NCBI RefSeq assembly: GCF_001194135.2
Contig: NC_068987.1
Span: forward strand, 92,658,352 to 92,722,351
Origin: Octopus bimaculoides
Taxonomy: Eukaryota
Direction: 5' to 3'
Length of the DNA: 64,000 nt
The translations under genes were made by a program, and so were the position numbers. Below are positions 14,574 through 26,960 of the stretch, piece by piece (within the stretch, counting starts at the first letter, position 1; every line of letters starts with the position of its first letter). The notes beneath the pieces were generated by a model. It was not told the origin of the DNA and ran no database searches. It saw only the letters and a list, made by a program, of their open reading frames with translations.

Positions 14574-15519
14574 NNNNNNNNNNNNNNNNNNNNNNNNNNN
14601 NNNNNNNNNNNNNNNNNNNNNNNNNNNNNNNNNNNNNNNNNNNNNNNNNNNNNNNNNNNNNNNNNNNNNNNNNNNNNNNNNNNNNNNNNNNNNNNNNNNN
14701 NNNNNNNNNNNNNNNNNNNNNNNNNNNNNNNNNNNNNNNNNNNNNNNNNNNNNNNNNNNNNNNNNNNNNNNNNNNNNNNNNNNNNNNNNNNNNNNNNNNN
14801 NNNNNNNNNNNNNNNNNNNNNNNNNNNNNNNNNNNNNNNNNNNNNNNNNNNNNNNNNNNNNNNNNNNNNNNNNNNNNNNNNNNNNNNNNNNNNNNNNNNN
14901 NNNNNNNNNNNNNNNNNNNNNNNNNNNNNNNNNNNNNNNNNNNNNNNNNNNNNNNNNNNNNNNNNNNNNNNNNNNNNNNNNNNNNNNNNNNNNNNNNNNN
15001 NNNNNNNNNNNNNNNNNNNNNNNNNNNNNNNNNNNNNNNNNNNNNNNNNNNNNNNNNNNNNNNNNNNNNNNNNNNNNNNNNNNNNNNNNNNNNNNNNNNN
15101 NNNNNNNNNNNNNNNNNNNNNNNNNNNNNNNNNNNNNNNNNNNNNNNNNNNNNNNNNNNNNNNNNNNNNNNNNNNNNNNNNNNNNNNNNNNNNNNNNNNN
15201 NNNNNNNNNNNNNNNNNNNNNNNNNNNNNNNNNNNNNNNNNNNNNNNNNNNNNNNNNNNNNNNNNNNNNNNNNNNNNNNNNNNNNNNNNNNNNNNNNNNN
15301 NNNNNNNNNNNNNNNNNNNNNNNNNNNNNNNNNNNNNNNNNNNNNNNNNNNNNNNNNNNNNNNNNNNNNNNNNNNNNNNNNNNNNNNNNNNNNNNNNNNN
15401 NNNNNNNNNNNNNNNNNNNNNNNNNNNNNNNNNNNNNNNNNNNNNNNNNNNNNNNNNNNNNNNNNNNNNNNNNNNNNNNNNNNNACATCAGATGAAATGG
15501 ACGTGTGTGTGTGTGTGAC

Positions 15520-15558
<39 letters not shown>

Positions 15559-15560
15559 TA

Positions 15561-15593
<33 letters not shown>

Positions 15594-15689
15594 TGGTCAT
15601 GTATACGTACATACATAAATATGCATAGATCTTTGTTTGTGAGTTCGTGTGTGCCTGTGTATGAATGAGAGAGAGAGAGCAAATACTAC

Positions 15690-15973
15690 ATGCACGCTAC
15701 GTCAATATCGGAAGTTGACATTTCATCACAAGTATGTAAGCATTTGGTACAATAACGTCAATACCGGAAGTTGACATTGAGGAACCTTTTTAAAGAAGTG
15801 AATCATAAATATAAAGCAATATTATTTATTTTTAATAGAAAAAATCAAATGAAGAGCCTAACATTTATCCGAGGTCAAATTATTCATGCATCGCAAGTAT
15901 GGTAGTAAATGGTGAAGCCGTTTTCACGTGATAAGAGATTACACACACATCTCTCTTTTATATATAGTATAGA
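15690..15973 (-). mobile_element. 5' part of a second copy of the same Helitron family
   Basis: The reverse complement matches 36701-36935 (tctatactatatataaaa...tgaataatttgacctcggataaa...aaaggttcctcaatgtcaacttccg). The 3' end is not seen and probably lies in the 14574-15484 gap. Confidence 0.75.
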
Positions 15974-15978
15974 TATAT

Positions 15979-16295
15979 ATATTAATAATTATCACCAAGC
16001 TAACATGGCAGTCCAGGAAAATAGGACGAATGCTGCCGTTGATTAGATCCAAGAGGTTAAGGTTAGGGTTAGGGTTAGCCGCTTCCCCTTGCTGGTTTAA
16101 CATCGACAGACTTGTTTCGGGGTATTTGTCCCTTTTCAACGGCAGCTGGCCTCACCTGATCGAAGGGTGTAATGGACATAGGTTTGTGTGTCACACATAG
16201 CTAGTTAGAGGTGATGGCCTCTTGGAGCTAATAAACGGCAGCATTCGCCCTATTTTCCTGGACTGCCATGTTAGCTTCGCGATAACTATTAATAT
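15979..16295. mobile_element. MITE/foldback element with about 78-bp terminal inverted repeats
   Basis: 15979-16056 is the near-perfect reverse complement of 16218-16295 (aagctaacatggcagtccaggaaaatagg.cgaatgctgccgtt.attag.tccaagagg). The spacer carries ggttagggttagggttag. TSD not resolved. Confidence 0.8.
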
Positions 16296-17473
16296 CCAGT
16301 ACCGCTGCCGTAGTCTCCTTTAGAGAGATTTAGACATATTAATATTTCTATATATATATATACATACGCGCACACACTTTTGGCCACTCAGGGTTATTTC
16401 TCTTGTCGTCTTTTGTACCCGTGTACGGATGTGTGTTTTTGTGTATAAATAGATACAAGTATACCAATACCACACAGCAAAAATTGTTGATCCTTTGAAA
16501 TTATATCTGCGTGAAGTGGATTGATCACATGTAACAACAGCCCGTTGAGACGATGCTTATACGTCTTGTCGTCTTTTGCCGTGGGGAATGGAGTATTCAA
16601 CGTTAGGGTCAGTGTCTTCCAGCGAGAAGTTCGAAAGGGTAAAAGTAAACGAGACTCAGCAGAGTTTCAAATCCATTAAGTTATAAATAAATGTGGCTGC
16701 AACTAATAAGGAAAGCAGATCCACGGGAGCTTCATACGCGAAGGCAAAGAGGAAGTTGAAAATATTTCAAAGTGAGAAGGGAAAACGAAAACGCAATGGA
16801 ATTACAAGAAACAAGCAAAAGCCGAGAGTGAGGTGAAAAGGAAAGTTTAAGTTGAGAGGGGATCTGAGGGATGAGAACGGATTTAAGGATATTTGAGGGT
16901 AGAAAAACGTGTCTTACATTAATTTCTGTCTGGTTTTCATGAAAGTGCATAATGTCGGAATCATGGTGTTTTACATTCTTCGCGGCAAGTTCACAATGCT
17001 CTTTTAAGGAATACCAGATAAGCCACCTACACTTGGATACAACTCACTACTCCAATGGACCATGATAGCACAAAACGTGACTTAAAAAGGATTTAGATAC
17101 AACTATCAGGTGGTGCTATTAAGTTAGACATGGCCAGAATCAATATTTGGTCAAAACATATCTAGGTTTTGCGTATTTTTAATTAAAATATGCTACCACT
17201 TAGTGATGATGTAAGACACGATCAAATAAATCAAAGTTAATTCAATTAGTTTTTTTATGAAATTCTTTCTGTCATTCCAAATGTGTTTCTTGCAAAATCT
17301 ACGTCATCGTTGTCTTTACTTTCATTCCTATGGATGTTGGAGCGTAATGAGTCTAGTAAGAGTGTCACCATATTAGTATTAAAGAGAATTGGAATGGCAG
17401 TCGTCGAAGTAGTGGTGGCTGTATCGGTGTCACTTGCAGAGACACGAGCAACTGGCGCTCCTATATGTCTATG

Positions 17474-17511
<38 letters not shown>

Positions 17512-17648
17512 NNNNNNNNNNNNNNNNNNNNNNNNNNNNNNNNNNNNNNNNNNNNNNNNNNNNNNNNNNNNNNNNNNNNNNNNNNNNNNNNNNNNNNNNN
17601 NNNNNNNNNNNNNNNNNNNNNNNNNNNNNNNNNNNNNNNNNNNNNNNN

Positions 17649-17690
<42 letters not shown>

Positions 17691-18249
17691 GTGTGTGTGT
17701 GTGTGTGTATATGTATATATATATATGAATATGAATATACGAGGAAGGAGGATAGATGCATAAGCATGTTGTTACATTGAACGTCCAAATGTTAATACCA
17801 AAATATGCTTGCTTGCCTTTATGATTCTCTGTTGAAGTTTTGCTTGTAACCAAGTCTTTTCATGGAATGGAATAAGGTTTACTGTACAAAATATAATTGA
17901 TAAACTTTACTTCACGCTTATCTGCTAAGCATGATTAGAATAACTGAAAACTATGTAGATCTTTGTCTTTGACAATGTGATTCATACTGACATAGAGGCA
18001 TTGAACAGATTCAGTATACCATTAACTAGACAATGCCATGAATTGAACTACGAAAGCAAAATGCTGGAATAAATCGTGCGCTTTTTCCATTCCAACGTTC
18101 CAATATTTCCCACTTTGGATTGCTACTGTTTAACAGACCCGGAAAAATGTAAGCTCGGTGGCTTTTGTGGGATATGAGCTCCAAAATTTGGAACAGATAG
18201 TGGGAAATGTTCTTTGTGATATTTGGGCGATTCTTGCCATTTAGCGGTT

Positions 18250-18600
18250 CAACATAATATTTCTTGTTCTTTACTATGTAATGCCTAATCTTAGATAATG
18301 TTTGAATTCGAAAACAAACTTGTTTGGGTACGTAGTCCATCGGGTGATATTCGACTCTAATAATATTTATTATATAAACAACTGTAGCTCTCGCAAAGGG
18401 GGTCACTCAACCCATTTGAAACTTCTACAGATTCTTCCACGTGTTAAGAATTTCCATCAACAAAAATATATTTCCTGTTACACTAAGCAAGATAACTGAC
18501 GATAAAATGGGATGCTGATAGGTGTGAGGTATTTCAACATAGGACTGTTCGGTAAGTAACCACTCAGTTGTATTTGAATCCGAACTGAATTTACCATCGC
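18250..18600 (-). mobile_element. Ancient CR1/L2/Jockey-type reverse transcriptase remnant
   Basis: One frame with stops reads QFGFK ... IVSYLA*CNRKYIFVDGNS*HVEESVEVSNG, matching the QFGFR and SYLSNRKQxVxxxG...GVPQG pattern. Confidence 0.5.
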
Positions 18601-20441
18601 TCTTATTTAAAGTTAGAAAAGGCTGGGTGTAACTTAGTAGCGAACTCATACTGTCTTCGGTTCCACTTCTCACATCATCCGCCGACAATAATAAACACAT
18701 AATACATAGCAAGTATAATCATATTTGCAAAAAGATCTATTCTCAATGCATTTACTTCTGTCAGCTAACATACAACAATTAGAGATTTATGTTTACGACC
18801 GTAAAGATATAGAGACAACACAAACAATATATCATGCGAGTCCATTGTTTGCGAAGTGGCTTTCCGGCACCGTATCAATATCGCATTCTCAATAAACATT
18901 GTCCTTCAGTATAGAATTCAACAAAGATCTGAAGGAAAAAAAATCCTCTCACATTCTCTATTACTGTAGCCATTCCCCAAGCATAGGAAAACTATACCAA
19001 ACCCTTAACATAATCACAAGCATGTATAGCAAATACACTTGGAAACTATATCGTACTATTTCGTTGCTGGCTCCACACCAAAGCTTAACAAGGCACATAC
19101 ATCACAGAATCCGCCATCGCTACAATCGCCGCCGCCGTCGCCGCCACCACCAACACCACCACCGCCACCATCAAAAACACAATCACTACCACCAACACAA
19201 CATTAACTGCAGGAAAAAAATATGCACATTTCACACATTGCATCAAAGCATAATTGTCTAAAAGACTAACAGATATCCCACAGTACGTTCTTGCTATTTG
19301 TTTTCTCGGGAATATTGATAGTTAAATTGGAAACATTGTTGTGATACATAGAGTTGGCTACAAGTGATATCTTTCTAACGATACGTTCGAAAGAAGAAGC
19401 GGAAAACTTCTTCCCTTCTTTGCATTCATTGATTGACTGCGTTCCCTTTACCTCCCACAATCTCTTTCTTACACACACACACACACGCACACGTTCTCTT
19501 TTTTCTTTCTTAGTATCTAGCTCTCTTACTCTCACAATTTTAGTCCAACATTTCCTCTCACTTTCCCTCTTATGTAGTTTCACTTTCGTCAACATTATGG
19601 CATCAATATTAACTTGTTAGTTCTCAATGTATCCAATGGTCACACATGTATTTACTCCTCAACAAACATTCTCGTTATATATCTTTCACACAAGCTCTTA
19701 CTCTTGCTCTCTCACTCACTCTCACTCACTTTATTTATCCCTTTCACTCTTACCCTTTCCTCAATTTTATACATTTTTCTCTGGCTTTCATCTATTTTCC
19801 AGTCTTGTTTTCTTAATGTCTCACATTGTATTTCATTCTCTATCGATATGTGTTTCTCTCTGCCTTTCTCCGACAGTGTGAATAAAGGAGAGATCTACTG
19901 GAGTAGAACGCATCCTTCTTGGCAAGGTTTCAAATTAATAATTACTCATACAATGAAGATCGTTTGATTTTTATCTCCAATATCAAACAATCAAACAATA
20001 AAGATGATAGCTTTATGTACAGGCCTCTCCCTCACTATCACTCACTTTTCTTTCATTGCAGATGCAATTCCATACACATCCATATATGCTTGTGTATGCG
20101 TGTGTGTGTTTTCTGTGTGTGTAAGGGTGTAATTCCACGCACAGTTTGTTATATATATATATATATATATATATNNNNNNNNNNNNNNNNNNNNNNNNNN
20201 NNNNNNNNNNNNNNNNNNNNNNNNNNNNNNNNNNNNNNNNNNNNNNNNNNNNNNNNNNNNNNNNNNNNNNNNNNNNNNNNNNNNNNNNNNNNNNNNNNNN
20301 NNNNNNNNNNNNNNNNNNNNNNNNNNNNNNNNNNNNNNNNNNNNNNNNNNNNNNNNNNNNNNNNNNNNNNNNNNNNNNNNNNNNNNNNNNNNNNNNNNNN
20401 NNNNNNNNNNNNNNNNNNNNNNNNNNNNNNNNNNNNNNNNN

Positions 20442-20473
<32 letters not shown>

Positions 20474-20787
20474 CTGTATGATGTGCGTAGTAAAGACTCA
20501 GATATATGAGTAAATGAATTGCCTATATTTTGCGCGTGTTTAATATATTTCAAGATATACGCATTGACAGGCCATTCATCATTTTCGAGATTACTGGCTA
20601 TGGTTAAGTTAGAAGTATTCCAGCATAGCATAATAAAAATAGATAATTAATCCGAGAATAGCAGAAGCGTTCAAGTTCCAGTCGCGATGTACACTAGAGT
20701 ACTGTTGGCTAAATTCGTGTCACCCCATCCAGTTCATGATACAGGTATTATACAATTATAACAATAATAGATACCGATGTATGTGTA

Positions 20788-20821
<34 letters not shown>

Positions 20822-20845
20822 TGTGAATTTTTGTGCATGAGAGTG

Positions 20846-20898
<53 letters not shown>

Positions 20899-21322
20899 AT
20901 GGCTAGATATATTCTCACACGTAATCATGCATAAATTTCCATACCTACATCCATTCATCTAAAGATGAATACCTCTATGAATGACAAAGCTTGTATAGCA
21001 TGACTGTGTCAATTTAATCGCCATTTTTTGCTGCACTAGTGTTACAAGGTTCGTTGATAAATCTTGAGAAAATCTTGTGATATCTAATACGAGGAAATTC
21101 TGAAACAAATCCTACTTGATAGATCATTGTTAAGTATAATATAATTGGACATCGTTATTTGATGTTGCTATTTGGCCTGAAGTTCACCAGTAGCGGTTCT
21201 TATGTGATACAGACACTTACGTATTTAAATTATCTTCAAATATTGTAAATAGGACAATAAACTTTAGTATCGTTATTCGCATTAAAAAATTCGGTGTGAC
21301 CATACATTAAGTAGAAACATAC

Positions 21323-21343
21323 GTTTTCTCCAATATCAAAACT
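21323..21343 (-). other. Candidate microexon (21 nt)
   Basis: Acceptor cttcgtcctcttgtttAG, donor AAC|gtatgt. Frame 0 reads SFDIGEN and is phase-compatible with the 24264-24330 exon. Confidence 0.3.
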
Positions 21344-21389
21344 CTAAACAAGAGGACGAAGTCGTCGACAAGCTCCAGGACATTAGCCA

Positions 21390-21455
<66 letters not shown>

Positions 21456-22008
21456 GAGTGAGAGAGCAGATCATGCCATCAAAGTGACACTGGAGTAAAA
21501 TATACGAAGCCCATTATACCCATTATGACTACACATCTGATAAGGGTTCACCAGGCACATGCATCACAACCATATGTGCGCGACATGGTTATCTCATATC
21601 AAGATAAACAGCGCATGACCTCGCAGGTGGGGCCCAGGTAGAATTTTTTTTCAGATCGAGTAGCCCATCCTGCTGAAAAGGTCCCTGAATAAAGTTTGTT
21701 TAAGGATGATGAGCAAAACACACGTTTCCAGAGGTGAATTATTCAAACCCCAACGAACTCCTCTCAACACATGGCTATGATGCTCCCCCACTACTTCTGC
21801 TCATGATCAGATATGCACATATCGTCAGCCACCAAGGGACATGCTCAACTGGCTAAGGTCAAACAACTGTCAAGCAAATCTGTGGTATTAAGCAGAATAT
21901 TTGCTGCAACCCATCTTTTATACCAAGACGAAACAATGTACATTATAACACTTCCAATCAATTAAGATCAGAAACCATGAAAGCCACTGCCTGGTACTGC
22001 ATCAGGGC
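21456..22008 (-). mobile_element. 553-bp non-coding element embedded in (AAT)n, probably Dong/R4-mobilised
   Basis: Sharp boundaries with pure (ATT)n on both sides (21390-21455, 22009-22033), higher GC than flanks, no ORF, no tRNA head. Orientation is inferred. Confidence 0.6.
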
Positions 22009-22029
22009 TATTATTATTATTATTATTAT

Positions 22030-22284
22030 TATTCAGTAGTTTTATTTTTATAACGTACTTTCACTTCACTACCGAGCGCAGCTCTGTGCGCCTTGGGTAT
22101 GTGCTGTGGTTTGCTGTGGTGCTCTTATGTTTACTGTATTGAAAGTGTTTTGCGTAGAATGTGTGCAGTACCCAGTAGTGCAATTTTCTGTATGTTATAT
22201 ATATTTGTATTCTTCCATGTTTTATATGTATGTGTTGTTGCGTTTTCGTTTTTTGGGTAGAGTACTGCTGTGAAATAGGCGTGT
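22030..22284 (-). mobile_element. 3' end of an R4/Dong-clade LINE
   Basis: C-terminal NIQKIALLGTAHILRKTLSIQ* (stop at 22133-22131), a short 3' UTR, then an (AAT)n tail. The upstream part runs into the gap at 22285. Confidence 0.8.
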
Positions 22285-22970
22285 NNNNNNNNNNNNNNNN
22301 NNNNNNNNNNNNNNNNNNNNNNNNNNNNNNNNNNNNNNNNNNNNNNNNNNNNNNNNNNNNNNNNNNNNNNNNNNNNNNNNNNNNNNNNNNNNNNNNNNNN
22401 NNNNNNNNNNNNNNNNNNNNNNNNNNNNNNNNNNNNNNNNNNNNNNNNNNNNNNNNNNNNNNNNNNNNNNNNNNNNNNNNNNNNNNNNNNNNNNNNNNNN
22501 NNNNNNNNNNNNNNNNNNNNNNNNNNNNNNNNNNNNNNNNNNNNNNNNNNNNNNNNNNNNNNNNNNNNNNNNNNNNNNNNNNNNNNNNNNNNNNNNNNNN
22601 NNNNNNNNNNNNNNNNNNNNNNNNNNNNNNNNNNNNNNNNNNNNNNNNNNNNNNNNNNNNNNNNNNNNNNNNNNNNNNNNNNNNNNNNNNNNNNNNNNNN
22701 NNNGGTGTTTGGGTTTGGGGATGGTCTGTATTTTGATGTAACACGTGTGTTTACGATCGCTGTTCGGGTAGTGGAGGTATCAAGTTAAAATACATCATTA
22801 TATTTGGAAAAATAGGAATAAATTTCAATGAGTATTACTTACTCGGGTATAGTCCAACCCTTTGTCAGCTATATTTGGGCTCCATGCGATGTCTTTATTT
22901 CCGATGTTTTTGGATAAGTTTCGGAGCAGTGATTTATCGTACTCACATGTTAAACTTCCCCGGTGTTATC

Positions 22971-23031
<61 letters not shown>

Positions 23032-24263
23032 CATTATTAATGATGCCATTAGTATTATTGAAGTTGTTCTCAGTTTTAGTCTTACTGTACAACATACACT
23101 GCGTAAGATATCTACTGCACTTTACAAGCATTTCACCAAATTCTGACAACATCCATCCATTTAATGTCGCAACAAGAGATTGTCGACATGTTTTGGACCA
23201 AACACTCGTCAGTTTTATCCTACATTAATCATGCAGCAAACAACATTAATTTATATATATATATACACGCAGACATACACGTATATACCTGTATACATAC
23301 ATGTATGCACTTATATGTGTGTGTGTGTGTGAGTGTGTATAAAGGCATTTTTGTATGTGTGTAAGTGCGTGTGTCTGAGTTTGAACGGTCACATGTGAAG
23401 GCTTAGTATTCGTGCGACTTTCTATTTTTGTGTGTAATTTGAGTAATGAAAATAAATATGCCTGTTAGAATCCATTGGCTTAATACTTTTGTCGTAGTTT
23501 GGAGACCACTAAACATTTTACATGGTGTGTTGTTTATACTGATTCAATATTTACATAACGACTTATTCAAATTCTATTTAGATACGGACAGTGATGAGTC
23601 CTCTTGACGCTCTTCGTTGCACGTCGACGAACTGACGATGCTAGTATCTTTGACCAGTTTATAAGATGGAACATAATATCATATATTCTCGGAACCAGAA
23701 TATTATTATTTGTTTAGTTGTTGTTGTATTTTCCAGTCCCTCATTCTTAAGAATTTAAACAAGCATGTTTTCTTGTTTGGTTCTGAGCATGGTATTAAGC
23801 TAGTCATTTGTAGTTAATACTCAATTACTCTTCTGTAATTACGGCTCTGTCCAGTACGAGACTATCTTGTTCAATTTACTGAACCAACAACTAACGTCAG
23901 CAACATGCCTTTACAATTCTGTGACAAGACGAATCTGAAGCAAATCCCCAGATGTGTATCATCTCAATTTCTCTATGAAGACCGGACGTTGTAATTTATT
24001 TCCTTATGTTATTTCCTTAGTGTACAAGATGGATATAATATGACATTTTCGACTAACCGGACACCGTATAGATGCTTCAATTGAAAATGATTGGATACTT
24101 AAAGTCATCTCATTCTTTCTTCTTCTTCTTCTTCTTCCTCTCACTCTTCCTCTCTCTCTCTCTCTCTCTCTGTTCCTCTGTCTTGCTCACTCACTAATTC
24201 ACAATCTTTCATCCTCTCCCAATTATACAAATATTTATTTTATTTATTACTTTATTTACTTAC

Positions 24264-24330
24264 GTTCTCTCTTTGTTTTGTACGGAAATATTCAGCGCGA
24301 GAAAACCGTGGATAAGCTGTTAGAATAACA
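24264..24330 (-). other. Candidate internal exon (67 nt)
   Basis: Acceptor ccagttctttttcAG, donor AAC|gtaagt. Only one frame is open (phase 2 to 0): VILTAYPRFSRAEYFRTKQREN. Product not recognised. Confidence 0.4.
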
Positions 24331-24589
24331 CTGAAAAAGAACTGGCAATATCAGTTTTAATGCTAAATGATATAAGTTCGTTTCAAATACGCCCGTATGC
24401 ATTTCTAGCCGATATATACAACGGTGTATTATGAAATATGGATTAAGTTCGAGCAATCTTCAATCCATTTTCTTTGTTTAATTAATGTTCGTCTATCTAT
24501 CTAAAGCAATCTCTTTCGCCTAAATCACATCTAAATCACTTCAAAGCATAATCTACTGCTTTAAAGAGCGTTTTGTGGCATAACAGCCA

Positions 24590-24900
24590 AGGTGCGTGGC
24601 TTATTGCTTAGGGCCTTCGCCTCACGATCATAATATCATGAGTTCGATTCATAGTAGTGCTGTCTTCTTGAGCAAAGCACTCTACTTCATGTTGCTTCAG
24701 TCCACTCAACTGGCCAAAATGAATTGCACCTGTATATCAAGTGTCCAGCCTCGTCATATTCTGTGTGACGCTGTGTAACGTAGTTGTCCTTGAGAACAAC
24801 GTTAAGAGTACGCGTGTGCGTGGAGTGGTCAGCCACTTGCATGTTAATTTCACGGGCAGGGAGTTCCGTTGATCGGAACAGCTGGAACCCTCGAAGTGCA
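24590..24900 (+). mobile_element. Mosaic SINE: tRNA head, CORE-like domain and family-C tail
   Basis: gagttcgattc B-box; tcttgagcaaagcactctacttcatgttgcttcagtccactcaactg; tail aligns with about 63660-63790. Confidence 0.65.
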
Positions 24901-26060
24901 CCCATACCACTTCACCATGTGCTGGATTGGGCTGGGTTACTGCATTCAAATTTTCTGCTGAAGCTTTGTTTATTTTTCTTATGTGTGGCTTGCTTAATCT
25001 GTCTCAGCGTCATGTCTTTTCTATGTGTCGATAAGATTCTAACCTCTATGTTATCTACCGAACTCTCATGCTGCAATTTACCTTGTTGTTATAACACTAA
25101 CCAAGTTTTGTTTTAAGAATTAAAGCAAACATTCTTCTTGTTTGGTTCTAAACGAGTTATTAATATAGTCATTTGTAGTTAATACTCAATTACTCTTCTG
25201 TAGTTCCCACCAGGGGCCACTTATCCTCTCACCTATGCTACGAGCTGTTGCTTCATTATACGCCGTTGTCATCTTTATGCACAGCTTACACTGTAGACTG
25301 AATTCCTGGATTTGCAGTTTATCCGTGGGCTTACTCTGCAAAGGATACAATTTCTATGCCAACAAGGTTCTTCTCAAAATTTATGTTCTTCAGATCAAAG
25401 ATTTTATTGCGATACATCGTATTCTCACAACGTTCATCCGTAGATTCACTTTACCTAAGTATTTTCTAAACTGGTTCATGGGTTCGCCTCCAGGTGACGA
25501 TCATGACACGCTGTTATTTTTGCCTGCCTTACCATGAGTTGGCTATGCCTATCTTCATAGTTCTATCTATGCTGTCCATTATTTGCTTCTATATTGCGGC
25601 AAATTCTGTTTGCATTATTCTGCAAGCTGGCCATGAATTTAGCAGTGTCTCTTTTGTATATCCTGGTCAGATCTCTTTGACTGTATCCAGAGACTGCATG
25701 CGGTGGATGAAGAGCTGTATGTGTCTCTCCAATTCCGTTTGGTGGCAGATGCGGGACATGTCCAACATTATACTTACAAAAGCCCGCTATTGGGATATAG
25801 AACTTGTTTTTATTCGCAATTAAGGTGGATGAGATGGTTACGGTCTAGGAGTTTGGTGTAGTGCGAACGGCAATTTTGGAACTTGTCATTCATAAATTCC
25901 ATCCAGAGTTAAGTGTCGAAAAGAGCCCGACTCTAGTTGGGGTGCTTACTGCTAAATACGCTGGTGGATGGAGGTAGCTTCCTGCTGGATACTCTGAATG
26001 CTGCCAACTATAAATTCATAGTCATTGTCTTGTGGACAAGCTTTTGTAAACACACACACA

Positions 26061-26119
<59 letters not shown>

Positions 26120-26149
26120 GAACATACGCATGTTTATATGTACATACAT

Positions 26150-26435
26150 GATGGACTCTCGAGTGGACAACGAAGCGTAAGAACGCTCGGCGTTTCACAA
26201 TCGACCTGTACTAATGATTTCTTTAGAGTGATTAAAAGCATGTTCTGCACCTTACCCCATTGCCTTCATCGGATCGGCGTTGCCGAACAGGTGCACGTTG
26301 TACCATTCGTCAGATGTCGATGTTACAGGAGAACAATGTGAGATGAAGCGTTTTGCTCCAGAACGCAACGCATCAGTCCTTCTGGGAACAGAAACCACGA
26401 TCTCACGTGCAGCAACCAAGCCAATAAGCCATGTG
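26150..26435 (-). mobile_element. Diverged tRNA/CORE-like SINE
   Basis: Reverse complement contains gttctggagcaaaacgcttcatctcacattg; related to 33485-33790. Confidence 0.5.
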
Positions 26436-26614
26436 TCCTATGTGTGTATAAATGTATATATAAATATACACGTATATTTGTATAAGAGAATACATTTATA
26501 CGCACATAGATATGTATATACAAATGCACACTCAGAGACATATATAAACACACACGTACACACGCACACATACACACACAAAAACACATATACACACACA
26601 CACACAAACACACA

Positions 26615-26722
<108 letters not shown>

Positions 26723-26922
26723 TATATATTTACTCATACGTACATACGGGGATACATACATAAGACGTGACACGTCAAACGTTTTTCGGTTCCTGAAACT
26801 GTACTAATCCCTGCTAAAACTGGCCAAAATTCTGAAGAATACTATCGTTGCCAAAACAATTATATCAGTGAACCCATTGTGGAAAACGATACAGAAACTT
26901 ACCAAACACACATACATATGTG

Positions 26923-26960
<38 letters not shown>

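Noticed and set aside
18425-18712. ORF resembling a GPCR N-terminus and TM1 (NKS and NTT sequons, ...LLSVTGNIFLLM)
   Set aside because: It stops right after the putative TM1 with no good splice donor, and an overlapping frame reads as a decayed CR1/L2-type RT (QFGFK, SYL..NRKY.FVDGNS).
18899-19261. His/Arg-rich ORF (RRRRRRHHQHHHRHH)
   Set aside because: It is the translation of a degenerate (CCG/CCA)n tract with no splice or domain support.
23585-23640. gtgatgagtc...gacgaac, resembling a hammerhead core
   Set aside because: Both conserved boxes are mutated and no stem I or stem III pairing could be found.
23745-25205. ~95-bp direct repeat (23745-23840 and 25110-25205) as possible LTRs
   Set aside because: The copies are clearly diverged, lack TG...CA ends, PBS and PPT, and enclose unrelated SINE and unique DNA; more likely two fragments of an old LINE.
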